Source of the DNA: Octopus bimaculoides
Taxonomy: Eukaryota
NCBI RefSeq assembly: GCF_001194135.2
Contig: NC_068984.1
Location: forward strand, 21,390,163-21,454,162
Length of the DNA stretch: 64,000 nt
Reading direction: 5' to 3'
The number at the start of each line of letters is the position of its first letter. Positions within the stretch are counted from its first letter, which is position 1. This document shows, in pieces, positions 39,023 through 51,829 of the stretch. Made by a program: the position numbers and the translations under genes. The notes below the pieces were generated by a model. That model saw only the letters and a list, made by a program, of their open reading frames with translations, ran no database searches and was not told where the DNA came from.

Positions 39023-40553
39023 TCTACTATATATGTGGAAAATTGGTGTTTGTTTGTTTGTGGCCTTGTTAGCTAACTTCTCCTACATCGTTTTATTGAT
39101 TTTGATGAAAATTGACACGTGAGTAGAACTCATGTCTGGAAACCTCGTGATGTATTTAGATTGTTGAAAAAATCGATAATACGGCCCCTGAAAGGGATCT
39201 TTGTATCTACCTCATATAACTATTTTTTATAAACATCCAAGAGAAATAACTCTTAGCATATACACAGTATTTTTTTAAACACTCAAGGGAAATAACCCAT
39301 AGCACCTCCACTTACAGTTGTTAGTTTTTAGTGAAGCAATCAATATTTGATTCTCATGATCAGTGCACCTAATTCTGCATTTCACTACTCACAGTTTTCA
39401 ACTGCTAAACCTTATTATTGTACTTTCTTGATGCATGTACACTTTCAATGCCCATAACTCTGATAACACTGCATTTTTCCAGTTAAACCTCGTGACATAC
39501 TTAGATTGTTGACAAAAATCGATAAAAGGGCCCCTCCAATGGATCCTTCAATCTACTACATATTACTAATATTTTATTTAAACAACCTAAGGGAAATAAC
39601 CAATACCACCTGCAGTTTTTAGTGAAGCGATCAATATTTGATTCTCATGATCAGCTGACCTAATTCTGCATTTCACTACTCAGTTTTGAACTGCTAAACA
39701 TTATTATTGCTCTTCCTTGATTTGAATCTTAAACCTTAAAGACTTCATTCATACATTTCTATACATACATACTTTTTTGAATGCCCATTACTCCGATAAT
39801 TCTGCATTTTTACAGTTACACTTTTTCCATGACAGTAGATAAATTTTTTATTCCACAACATATTTGTAGTGGCTTCATGCAGGCATAGTGTGGATTCGAT
39901 CCTTGATTGCCAAATTTCACTTAACACTTCAACAGTGCTTTACTCACGGTACAACAATAGTTTTTCTGTGAATGGCAGCAGTTATACATTTCCCAGATGC
40001 CTTCGCTAAGCACAATAATGTCTTTGCCACTTGACCCTTCTAGCCTCTTCCAGGCCACCAGGGACTGGAATGGAGATAACAGACCTCCAACAAAATCATT
40101 TGTTCTCAACAATATGTCTATCCTGGCTGCTTTTTGATAGTTATAAAAACAAGAACTCCGTAAGCTAAATGCAGTTACTGAGAGACACCATCAGTGAGTA
40201 TAAACATTATTATTGCACTTTCTTCATTTCATTCTTAAACATTAATCACTTCATTCATAAATTAATGTAGATATCAACTACATTTATATATTACCTTTAA
40301 TAAATTAGCCTTCATAAAGTTCACCTTTAAAATGCCACGATGAGTCAGAGTACTTTCTTGTCAACCTCCAAAAACCTTTCTCGCCAACCTCCGACAATCT
40401 CTCCCTCCTCCAGCTGACAGTTTTTTGTACTTTTTCATGGTGGAAAATACACCTTTTGCAGCAGTTATAACGAAATTGCTTTCTTATATCAGAGTTATAA
40501 GGCGTTTCAATAGAACATCTTTACTCCCGGGAATTACTGAGTACACCAGCTAG
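39023..40553 (+). mobile_element. Non-autonomous Helitron-like element in NOXRED1 intron 1
   Basis: A|TCTACTATATA 5' end and CTAG|T 3' end with no TSD; decayed subterminal hairpin ~40522-40544; internal ~345-bp tandem duplication. Confidence 0.7.
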
Positions 40554-40599
40554 TATATATATATATATATATATGTTTGTAGAGAGAAAGAGAGGCAGA

Positions 40600-40631
<32 letters not shown>

Positions 40632-41094
40632 CATACATACATATATATATATATANNNNNNNNNNNNNNNNNNNNNNNNNNNNNNNNNNNNNNNNNNNNN
40701 NNNNNNNNNNNNNNNNNNNNNNNNNNNNNNNNNNNNNNNNNNNNNNNNNNNNNNNNNNNNNNNNNNNNNNNNNNNNNNNNNNNNNNNNNNNNNNNNNNNN
40801 NNNNNNNNNNNNNNNNNNNNNNNNNNNNNNNNNNNNNNNNNNNNNNNNNNNNNNNNNNNNNNNNNNNNNNNNNNNNNNNNNNNNNNNNNNNNNNNNNNNN
40901 NNNNNNNNNNNNNNNNNNNNNNNNNNNNNNNNNNNNNNNNNNNNNNNNNNNNNNNNNNNNNNNNNNNNNNNNNNNNNNNNNNNNNNNNNNNNNNNNNNNN
41001 NNNNNNNNNNNNNNNNNNNNNNNNNNNNNNNNNNNNNNNNNNNNNNNNNNNNNNNNNNNNNNNNNNNNNNNNNNNNNNNNNNNNNNNNNNNNNN

Positions 41095-41134
<40 letters not shown>

Positions 41135-41141
<7 letters not shown>

Positions 41142-41700
41142 CAAAATAGTCAGTGAATTTAAATATTTGGGAAGAAAAACAACAGAAAATGTGAGATCAC
41201 AGAAGGATGTAAAATCGTTTGATTTCAGTAGTAACATCTGCTTTGGCTAATTTAGAGCCTGGTTGGAAAAAACAAAAAGATTAGAATAGCAACAAAGATT
41301 ATATTCTAAAAGTAATAGTAATTCAAACTGCAGTTTAAGAGTGCAAATCATGGATATTAAGTACTGAAAATGAGGAAAATTATTCATGGCTTTTGAAATC
41401 AAATGTTGTAGAAAGATGCTTTGCATGCCATATACCGAGAATCAAACTAATGAATATTAAGAAAGAAATTATTGGGAAAGCTGCAGTTCAAGAAATCATT
41501 CTGTAAATTTTCAAAAGGCATAAATGAAGTGGTTTGGTGATTTGGCTATGTAACCTGATGGCACGACACCCTACATTTAGTGAATATAGTCATACACAGG
41601 TGGGAATATTATGGTGGAAATCATGAGACTGGATGGTAATTGAGAGAACTTTTGCTTCAAGAACTACAACGACATACACTGGAGATTGATTACTAGATCT
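41135..41700 (+). mobile_element. Old LINE 3' remnant
   Basis: VSEFKYLG motif followed by degenerate post-RT sequence. Confidence 0.5.
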
Positions 41701-42019
41701 AAATTTTTAAATACTAGCATGAAACCTTGATAAGAAAATGGCTACAGATACACCGCCCCCCCCCCCCACATATATATATATATTTAAAGCTATATCTTGT
41801 ATATCTATAGCTCTTTATTCATAACCTCCACATACTACTATGTCAGAGTAGTAATCATGGTGTTGCCAATATGTTTATTAAAGTAACCAGCCATGTTAAT
41901 AATGTCAGCACCATTTGTTCTTGAGTTGATCTGTAAAGGAGTTTCCTAGTAATGCTCCTTTTATTCATGTCAGTCCTAATTGTGGTGCTTATATATAAAG
42001 AAACGATACTGTCGTGCTG

Positions 42020-42240
42020 CCTATGAGTAGTTTAAGCTTAATGATTCTGTTGCACACTCTAGCTATGTCAATTACCTTACTTATTTCACTGATAACAATA
42101 TACCAGTGCACCCACCCTTGCACTGTTATCTATCCAAAATTTGTCTCTGTATTCTGACTGAGGCTCCCCTCCATCTTATCTTTTGCACATATCTGCTCAT
42201 TTCAGCTCCAGCGTCTCCACAATCTTTCTAGACCTGCTTT
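42020..42240 (-). mobile_element. RTE LINE AP-endonuclease fragment
   Basis: Degenerate GRSRKIVETL...YRDKFW...RIIKL pattern. Confidence 0.5.
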
Positions 42241-44209
42241 TCATCATATTAGCAATGAAGATGATAACCCAGAAAGTTTTGCATCAACAAGAAGAAAATA
42301 GAGAGTTCTCTTGGTAGGAAGGTTGTTGTTTGATGCTTGTTTTCTGTATCTGAATAAAAGTGAATTTATATGCTCATCTGACACCAAGATGTTTTCACAC
42401 ACAGCCAATTGTTTCAACCTGACCACTACATTACCATACACAGGACTAACATAGTAAATATCAGTCTTATGAATATATAGACATTGGGTTTTTCATTGTC
42501 AGGATTTTGACTTTTATTGGTTATCTACTCTTCCTAGCACCAACCACTTTAAAGCAAATGTTGTATTTATTTTTTTAATCTTTTATTACCAGCATTAGAG
42601 AGATTGTCTGCCAGGACTAACGTATCCACTATAGATTGTATCAGTTTCTATTGAGAATTATTGCTCTTTTATCCAGGTTGTCTTCATTGCAGCTTACAGT
42701 TTCCATGTCTCCCTCATGCAAAATTTTCAGAGTTACTAATTTCCCAGGTAGGTTGCCTGCAATATGGCTCATGTCTTCCCATATTACATTTAGGGAGAGG
42801 TACTCACAGGATAGGAATAGGAGGGAGAGGGAACTTAAAATATGCTGGTGGCTTTATTTAGCAGGGTGGTTTAAGGGTAGCTTAGAGCAGGCAGGTGGAT
42901 TGTTTAGAGAGTATAAATTCAAGAATTGTTTGGGTGTATAAATTCCAAGAATAGTTTCAAATAGGTTGGTTGGCTGGTTGGCTGGCTGGTTGGTTGGTTG
43001 GCTGGCTGGTTGGTTGGTTGGTTGGAGTAAAGGTAACTGGCCATATTTGCCATGATGGAGTGTAAGAGTGAGAGAGATTTACTAGACTAGACATTAAGCA
43101 GACACTGCTTATAAAATATTAAAGTGATTATAGTTTCTAGAAAAGTTAATAATCATAATATGCTTATCTTAATTACATATAAATGTAATTTATATGTAAT
43201 TATAATACAAACATATGTACTGATACAATAAAATACATACATATACATACATACACACACACATACATGTGCATGTGTGTGCGTATGTGTGTGTGCATAT
43301 GTGTGTGTATGCATTTATACACACACCCATACATAATCAATCCATCTATCCATCTTTATCTTCTCAACGGAAAATCAGATTGATTCTGTTTCTCCTTCAA
43401 GTCTTTAATTCATTTAACTACAAAATTTGCAAAGCTTCTATAAAATTGATTTCTAATATGGACTAAGAGAGTGAGAAAGATATTGGTAAATAAGTGGAAC
43501 CATCTCTTCCTTTCGTGCAGCAAAAAAAAAAAAGCGAAAAAAAAAAAAAAAAGAAATTGTTTAATCTTTGTTCAGTGTGAGGAGTTAGTTTCATCAAACC
43601 CGCAATGGAACAAAAAGATAAAGTTGATGCTGGTGGTATCTAGACACGGAGCCTAACCAAATGCTGCAATGCAGCAGTCTCAAAGTTTCTATAAATTAAC
43701 CTTAAGTATTCTTCATATATCTTTTATCTCTTATTTATTTCAGTCATTAGACTGTGGCAATGCTGGGGCACCCCCTTGAAGGGTACTTACATTTTAAAAA
43801 AATCTGCTCCTTGTTCTATTAATTTCTTTAGCTGAACCACTGAGTTATGGGGATGTAAACAAACTAACACCAGTTGTCAAGCTGTAACAGGGTTGTCAAA
43901 CGTAGACACAAACATACCCATGCACACACACACACACACACACTGGGCTTCCCCCAAGTTTTCACCTATCAAATTCACTCACAAGGCATTGGTGATCCTG
44001 TAGCTATTGTAGAAGACACTTTCCCAAAGTGCTGCACAGAGGTCATGAAGGCTTTGAAACTTCAGTAGATTTGAAAACGTTATTATTCAAAAATTATTTA
44101 TGAAAGGAAATATTGAAAATCATTAATAAACAATAGATTAGCATTGAACAAAGTTGTGTCTTTACTATGTGATTTAAAGACATGTTGTTCTGTGTGTGTG
44201 TGTGTGTGA

Positions 44210-44500
44210 GACCAAACATTTTTTCTGAATCACATTGTGGTTGTTGACTAAGTTGCAGTTTAATCTTGGACATCGGATGGGAACACTATTTGACCAATAA
44301 CAAGGACCTGGAAAGAGCCAATAAGTCAAGCATTGAATCACTGATCATGAAAGGTCAGGACATGTAGCAATAATTGAAGAGTCAAGGTTCCCACACCAAG
44401 TCTTATTCAGAGTGCTCACTTCAGGGAAAAGACCATGGGATTGCCCTCTTCGAGACACAAGGGCCAACTCAAAACAACACTGAAAGCCACTGGACTCCAG
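44210..44500 (+). mobile_element. RTE/BovB-like LINE 3' fragment
   Basis: NKDLERANKSSIESLIMK...FPHQVLFRVLTSGKRP...QLKTTLK. Confidence 0.6.
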
Positions 44501-44729
44501 CTTAAATCATTTGAAACACACACACACACTTGTACATGTATGTGTGTGTGTATGTATATGTATGTATTTTATTGTATCAGTACATATGTTTGTATAATAA
44601 TTACGTATAAGATACATTTATATGTAATTATGATAAGCATATTATGATTATTAACTTATCTTGAAAATATAAACTCATTTTGGTCTAAGAAACATCTCAC
44701 ATTTGGTTTCCTTGTCACTGATGACATCT

Positions 44730-45780
44730 CATCAATATTGATCTTTTTAAGTATGTCTAAGATTGTCTTTAAAACACTTGCATATTTTGCAATGGAAACA
44801 TTTTCCTTGCTCCACCTCACCATACAACACTTGTTTTGGCATGCAGATGTTCTCTAAATGCACAATATGACCAAACTGACTAAGTTTTTGTTTCATAATC
44901 ATGGACTGGATACTGATCATTTTTGCCAGTTGCAGTATTCTTGTATCAGGTACATGAGATATTACACAAGCATCATAGGAAGGTTGTCCAGTTCTCACAT
45001 CCACACAACAGTGCTGTTTAGACACATGCCTGAAAGATCTCAAATTTCATTGCTGCTTTGATATTTGATTGTGACCAGAACCTTGATTCAAGCTATACAA
45101 ATACATTACAGGCCCTAGAAAGACTATAATTGACCTCCTTGTCAGGTGTATTAAATCTAAATAGTATGTTACCAACGTAGACAAATGTCTCCATGACTTG
45201 TAATGACTTTTAACTTTGTACCCCTGACGTGGTATATATATGGCATGCCTGGAGCTGGTTGTAGCATGACCATGGTCTTCATAGGACTGATTGTAAGTCC
45301 AAACTCACTGCAAGCAGCTGAAAAACAGTCCATCATCCTCAGTATGGGTTACAAGATTGCAATCATCAGTGTAAAGGATATCACAAATGAGAGCCATGGA
45401 AGTTTTTGCTACTGCAATAAAATGATGGATATTGAAAAGCTCTCTTGTTATATGGTAATGGATGTAGATATCAGCATTGCTATGTGCAAAGGCTTGCAAA
45501 GTAGCAATAGCCAAGAAGATGACAAAGAATGTAGGAGCCAGAATATCATCCTTTTTAACAGCATGGGGTTCTAGTAGGTCACTACTGATACAATCCCATG
45601 CTTTCATGTCATGAAACAATAGAATGAGACTTGTGAACTTTTCAGACATCCCAGCTTGAAAAGAACACCCCCAAAGAGTTGGCCGATGTACAACATCAAA
45701 GGCCTAGATAAGCTTGCTGAAACACTGACACAGATCAAGTTGTTCTCTGCATTCCTCTTGAAACTGTCAGGCTGTAAACA
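44730..45780 (-). mobile_element. RTE/BovB-like LINE RT and C-terminal remnant
   Basis: AVKKDDILAPTFF (cf. GVKQGCVLAPTLF), ILYTDDC, VPDTRIL...[18 protein letters not shown]. Confidence 0.85.
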
Positions 45781-45859
45781 TCATATCAGTTGTACTGCAA
45801 TTTGGTTAACAACCACATTTTGACACAGGAAGAAACTCTAGTCATGTACACACACACAC

Positions 45860-46150
45860 ACATGTTCTGTTGTGAAAATCAACTGACTGTGATTAGAAAA
45901 ATACAAAGGAAAGAGAATATCTATAGACCATTGATAATGAGTTTGCAAATCCAGTACCCAAAATACTTTCAGCTTCATACCTATTATTATTAGAGCAACA
46001 GGATACATACCAACCCAACTGGAGCAAAGTATGGTTGAATTTGGTTTCTTGAGAAGAGAATGCAAATCCTTCATTCATATGCTACAAATGATCCCAATAT
46101 CTGGGACTACAAAAGCCTGGAAGACCTTCTTAAGATTTAAAGGATAATGG
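45860..46150 (+). mobile_element. REL-endonuclease LINE 3' fragment related to 28690-29180; a shorter copy lies at ~54815-54950
   Basis: KIQRKENIYRPL; FIPIIIRATG...ECKSFIHMLQMI. The 46060-46090 sequence gaatgcaaatccttcattcatatgctacaaatgat recurs at ~54865. Confidence 0.65.
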
Positions 46151-46542
46151 TTAAAACAAGAGGCTTTGCTTCACAACCCTGCTACCAAATAGGTGGCTGG
46201 TCAAAATTTTATACATACATACATTCATACATACGTATGAACGTACGTACATACATACATACATACATACACATAGATAAAGATAGAGTAAATCCTTCAG
46301 TAAACTTAGTGTGCTTCTCTTTCGGATTTATGATTTACTGACAATATGTATACCTATTTACACACACACACACACACACACATAAGACTTCACAAATCAG
46401 GTACTAAAATGGTAGAGCACAAGGTCAGGTCAAACAAAAGGAATCGTGTATATAACGAAAGTATAGGAACAAATACCTGCATACCGAAGTATAGACAGAT
46501 TATTATTCCAGTTGTATATATGATTAACTGCAACCAACTGTT

Positions 46543-46585
<43 letters not shown>

Positions 46586-47341
46586 GTGTGCATGTATTCA
46601 TCTCTTTAGCGAAACACCTGCTTCTATTTCCTGCAGTACTATAACCACTCAGTTGAGAGGGTTTCTTGTGTTGTAGATACTTAATGACCTCACCAGTGCT
46701 GGCACCACAGAAAACGTACATACTACATTCAGTGAAGTGGTTGGCGTTAGGAAAGGCATCCAGCTGCAGAAATCATGCAAAAGCAGGCATTAGAACTTGG
46801 TGCAGCCCTCTGCTCGTCAGTTCTAGTCGAACCACTCAGCCCATGCTAGCATGGAAAAACAGACGTTAAATGATGCGTCTCATCCACACACATACATATG
46901 CAAGTTGACATGAATGAATATACAGATACATGCATACTAACGCACAAACACACACATTCCCCACTCCCCACACACATATCAAGAATTCCATTCCCTTCAA
47001 GCCGTTCGCTTTCGATCCACTACCGGAAGAAGCCTCAGTATGCTATTACCGACTTACGTCTTTTAATATCCTTATAAATTTACATGTAATACATTGATAC
47101 ATACATATATACATAGAAACTTGCGTACGTACATACCACAACCTTGCGTACATACGTACTTACGTATATGTATACATATATAAACATGCACGCACACACA
47201 GACACAGACATAGACAGACAGACACGCACACACACACACACACATACACACACACACACACACACACATATTGTAACAATAGAAATCAAATCAGAAAAGA
47301 ATGTTTTTCCCTCGTCGATCATATTATTACTACCAACTTAC

Positions 47342-47529
47342 TTGATGGCGTCCATGGCATTAATAAAATATATGGCGTACACACATATAGTTATGTTTAT
47401 TATCTGACAAGAATAGCACAATTTGTTGATGTATTTTGATCTCTTTTCTCCGTAGGCCTTCTCCAAAGACAGTGAATCCAATCCGCTAGTCAAATCATGA
47501 GGCAGAGGAATAAGCGCTCTGTCCTCCAT
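47342..47529 (-). CDS. NOXRED1: NOXRED1-like oxidoreductase, coding exon 1 (MEDRALIPLPHDLTSGLDSLSLEKAYGEKRSKYINKLCYSCQIINITICVYAIYFINAMDAI-K)
   Basis: ATG at 47529; donor AA|GTAAGT (intron starts 47341), phase 2, matching the next exon. DLTSGLDSLSLE...ITICVYAIYF resembles the NOXRED1 N-terminus as I recall it (DMLQDLESLQFE...IEACAHATFF). Confidence 0.8.
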
Positions 47530-47596
47530 CTATATCTAGTTGGTGATTGCTTTTTCCCTCTTTCTTAATGCAACAACACACCGACGATGCTGTTGT

Positions 47597-47646
47597 ATCG
47601 TCATGGCAACGAACGATTGCGGCTAAACGCTGGCTGTCATAGCAAC
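47597..47646 (-). promoter_or_regulatory. NOXRED1 proximal promoter with two RFX X-box-like motifs
   Basis: On the minus strand GTTGCTATGACAGC (47646-47633) and GTTGCCATGACGAT (47610-47597). Each has a perfect GTTGCYATG half-site and lies 68-117 nt upstream of the ATG in a CpG-rich patch. Confidence 0.6.
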
Positions 47647-48164
47647 GTGCAATATCACACTGACGAAAAACGAGTGGCGGCAATATGAACTCAAAGCAAA
47701 GCTGAATGGGGTTTCCTTTTGATTGTTGTTAAGCCCCAATTCAGTCCTGATTGAGAAAAACTATAATCAAAGGCGTTCCAGCTTTGATTTACGCAACTAA
47801 TGCGAAGCCTCTATGTTGTTGCTCGGCTCTGTATGAATAGTTCTAGAATCTTCCTTAATTATACCCAACGTATAAATGTGGGAAAAAGGATATTGAATAA
47901 TGTGGGTCTGGATGTTCGGTGTCCAGGGGAAAATAGAGTAATCATAACTGGAATGGATGTGTGGTTAAGAACTTCGCTTTGTAACTGCTTCGTTTTGGGT
48001 TCAATCTCATTGCGTGGAACCTTAGACAAGTGTATATGACCGTCCACTCAAAATTTTGTTGACGGAAGTTATGTAAAGAAACTTGCTGAAGAGGCCTTCT
48101 CTTTGGAGGTAGACATGATTTGTCGCCCAATAAAAAAAATTTTTTTTAAACAAGTGGATCTTGG

Positions 48165-48385
48165 GTGCCTTTGGCGGGCAAGCTGGCAGAAACGTTAGCA
48201 CGCCGGGTGAAATGCTTAACTGTATTTCGTCTGTCTTTATGTTCTGAGTTCAAATTCCGCCGAGGTCGACTTTGCTTTTCATCCTTTTGGGGTCGATAAA
48301 TTAAGTACCAGTTGCGTACTGGGATTGATCTAATCGATTTACCCTCTCCCCCCGAACTTGCTGGCCATGTCAAAATTTGAAACCA
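48165..48385 (+). mobile_element. Nin/Deu-core SINE, tail type 1
   Basis: Head ggcgggcaagctggcagaaacgttagc, B-box-like GAGTTCAAATTCC, core, tail ...cccccgaacttgctggcc. Related copies at ~22210-22428, 26880-27090, 37485-37715, 56095-56292; decayed copies at ~230-420, 17830-17970, 36010-36210, 57660-57835. Confidence 0.85.
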
Positions 48386-48476
48386 GTATTATTTATTATT
48401 TCTGTTGTTGTTTCGGCCATGTCAAAATTTGAAACCAGTATTATTTATTATTTCTGTTGTTGTTTCGGCCATGTCA
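48363..48476. repeat. Perfect 52-bp tandem duplication
   Basis: ggccatgtca recurs at 48363, 48415 and 48467 with identical intervening sequence. Confidence 0.95.
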
Positions 48477-49197
48477 GGCCTTGATTGAGCAGACCTATGA
48501 TCAAAAGTGTTCCAGTTCTTATCAACCCATTCATCTCTCGGACAGTGCCTGTCTAGCACTACATGATTTAACATCCTTTCCTTTCCCAGATATTGACTTA
48601 TAACTGAAAGAAGATTTGACTACTTCTATCAGGTCGTGCGATGACATTCAGGGACCCTTGTCGGTGCGCATTTATCATTATCATTATCTTTGTTTAGCTA
48701 CCTTCCATTTATTCCTCCACCCTGTTCATTCGTTCCTCTTATCTATTTTAAAATCTATTTTTGTGGTTCCTTTTCCCTTTATCAAAATCTGAATATTTTT
48801 TTCTGTCCGTTGTTATCATAATTATCAACTATTGACTCTCGTTCTTCCTACGCATGCATATATAATTAATTCAGCATCGTCCTTAAATATCTCTGTCTCT
48901 CTCCACTATATATATGTATATGCTTGTGTATATGCTTGTGTGTGTGTGTGCGTGCGTGTGTGTGTGTGTGTGTGTGTGTATGCGTGTGTGTGTGTGCGTG
49001 TGCGAGAGCGTGCACAAGCGCATGTATGTAGATGTATTACACGAACGATTTTCTTTACCCTTCGCCTACTCAGTCGCGTATGTATTTTTTTAACCACTCA
49101 CGCATTTCTTCCTCTTACACACACACACACACACACACATACACCCACTCACCATCATTACACACACACACATACACCCACTCACCATCATTACACA

Positions 49198-49231
<34 letters not shown>

Positions 49232-49957
49232 CTTGCTCGCTCATTTCACCTACTAATACCAACACTCACCTCACTCAACTACTCTCTTTCATGGGCATAT
49301 TCAACCATCTACTCATTCACTCACTCATCCGCCCATCTTTTCTCTCTTATTCACCCACTCACTCATCAGTTTACCCATTCACTCACTCAAGAATCCACCC
49401 GTCCACTCACACTTCTACCTTTTAGTCACTCATCCGCCCACCTATATTTTCACTCACTCATCTGCCCACTTATAACATTTGAATAACAAGCTTTGATTTT
49501 TATCCAACCAATACTGTTTATATCAGGTTTGAGATAAATCATACTAACAATACTATAAATCGTCGCCGTAGTTGTCGACTCAGTTATTCGACCCGCTAGA
49601 AATAACAGCCTAATCTTATCTCCCACAAACCACTCCTGCCGTTTGAGAAAAGGATATATTAGACAAAGTGGTGTCGGATTTTCTTAATAGACATTACTAC
49701 CTCACGGAGAAGGAAGATAGCAAGGAATTGAGTGTTTATTTTCTTCATTTCTTTGTATACCTGTATTTCATGCAACGATAATTACAATTGTGAAATAATT
49801 TTTTTATCCAAAACATTCAATTTCTTTTTTAGATTTCTGCCCCTACCTCCAATTCCATGTCCTTTTCGTTCCTCATGTAATAGTGGTGCCTATTCCGAAA
49901 GTCTGCCAATGTGATCCTGGGTTCCTTGCACATAGGTAAAAAGATATGATTGTTAGA

Positions 49958-50120
49958 CAGCAGCGTAGCTAAAGAGTAGGGGTCGGTCCGCCCCGGGCGA
50001 CACTTTTAAGGGGCAGAACTTAAGGGCCTGTTCGAGAAGCCAGTGTAAATTGTATTGGCTTGAGGAGGGTGGCAAACTCAAGAGCTTCCCCGGACAGCGC
50101 ACACTCTATCTTCGCCACTG
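49958..50120. mobile_element. Short GC-rich MITE, probably hAT
   Basis: CAGCAGCGTAGCTA ... TATCTTCGCCACTG imperfect TIRs; TSD only 5/8. Confidence 0.5.
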
Positions 50121-50374
50121 GTCTTGGATCATCAGGATTACTCAAGCGATACATGATCACAATGCCGCCTTGACATCCCAAGTCCTTTCGAAAACCAATG
50201 ACCTGGGCCCGATAGCATTAACTTATTGACAGCAAGCGACAACATATATAAATTTGAATTGAATCCCTAGACCTGAGTAACTGCCTGAGACGGCATTGCG
50301 TAGTCGCCTTTGTGGAGTACCCCCACAATTTTTTTTCTCAAATCACACTAAAAGACCAACTAGATTATGTAGTA

Positions 50375-50668
50375 TTGCATATTACACTCCGACCAGGGTT
50401 CCAGTTGATCCAGTCAACGGAACAGCCTGCTCGTGAAATTAACGTGCAAGTGTACTCTTAACGAAGTTCTCAGGGAGGTTCAGCATGACACAGAATGTGA
50501 CAAGGCTGGCCCATTGAAACACAGGTACTACTCATTTTTGCGAACTGAATGAACTAGAGAAATGTAAAATAAAGCATCTTGCTCAAGGACACAACGCGTC
50601 GCTGGGAATTGAACTCACGACCTTACGATCATAAGCCGAATACTCTAACCACCAAGCCACGCGCCTTC
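50375..50668 (-). mobile_element. Third tRNA-headed SINE family
   Basis: gaaggcgcgtggcttggtggttagagtattc...GAGTTCAATTCCC...gtgtccttgagcaag; no tRNA cloverleaf 3' half. Confidence 0.7.
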
Positions 50669-50679
50669 CTAGAAAACGG

Positions 50680-51447
50680 TCTACCTACATTAATCCGTCC
50701 CTCTTGCGGTTTTGTTTCTTCATAACTGCCAGAAAAGTGGATATCTTTCAATGAAATTTTGTACAAATACCCTTCAGATGGAATAGATTCCGATTATATC
50801 ACCATCTAATGGGAATAATTCTTTTCCGAAGGTGGGGTGAGGAGTTTCAAAATATTCACACGAGTCGATTTTGTTTCCTCATATCTTTTAGAAAAATGGG
50901 TCTTTTTTAATGAAATTCACAACAAATACCTTTCAGAGTGTGTAGATTACGATTATATCGGAATTTAATACGAAAAACAATAATAATAATAATAATAATA
51001 AATGGTGGAGTCGTACACATAATTTACTGGCATACATCACATTTTTTTTTTCGAAAGTTCAGGTTTCTTTTTGTAGATTTATGTATGTCAGTATGTGTAC
51101 GAGACCACCAATTTATTTAATTATTTATTTTGCATTTCATCTTCAATTCCGATATACTCGTAACCTACACACTCTAAAAGATATTTGTAGAAAATTTTAT
51201 TAAAAAATTACCTGACTTTTCTGAAAGTTATGAGGAAACAAAGCCAACTCGAGTGAATTTTCCGAAACTCCTTAACCTACCCTCGGAAAAAAAAAATTTC
51301 ACCCCAAATTCCAGTATAGTCGGAATCTACATTTTGAAACTTTCGTTCAAAAAGTTGAAGATTTCGTTAAAAAATATCCATTTTTCTGGAAGTTATGAGG
51401 TAACAAAATCGATGGTGGTGGGTGGGTGAGGGAACATTTGTGTAGGT
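50680..51447. mobile_element. Foldback-like element with ~285-bp arms built from tandem subrepeats
   Basis: ~50680-50966 is the reverse complement of ~51143-51447. Each arm has two diverged copies of ttttgtttc.tcata...aatgaaatt...acaaatacc.ttcaga...tagatt.cgattata. Confidence 0.75.
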
Positions 51448-51829
51448 TTGCCAAAAAAAGGACATTTATTTGTAAATAGACGGGTTAACTGTGACTGGAG
51501 TATCATTGATCATAGGTAGGTCTATGCAAAGCTGATAACTGGTCCTGGCCAAATGTGAAATGCAGACTCTATTTATATATAAGGACACAGGAAATGTGTC
51601 AAGGCCGACAGGAAGCGGTCCAGCTTCCTAGAGCTAAATAGCAGCAGTATGATTCCCTTATTAGGACTATCACATTAAGTTGACAGTACACAACTGCTTT
51701 ATTTATATATCATTATCCTTGTAATCATATGCGCCCATTGAAATGGCAGCCAAATATTCCTCAAATTACTGTTCCTCATATTGTTTAAAGAAGTCATAAC
51801 TGGAATGCCTTTGGTGGATCAGATCTTTC

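Noticed and set aside
50600-50668. tRNA-like A/B boxes here and in other SINE heads
   Set aside because: No acceptor-stem 3' half or cloverleaf; they continue into multi-copy SINE bodies, so they are not tRNA genes.
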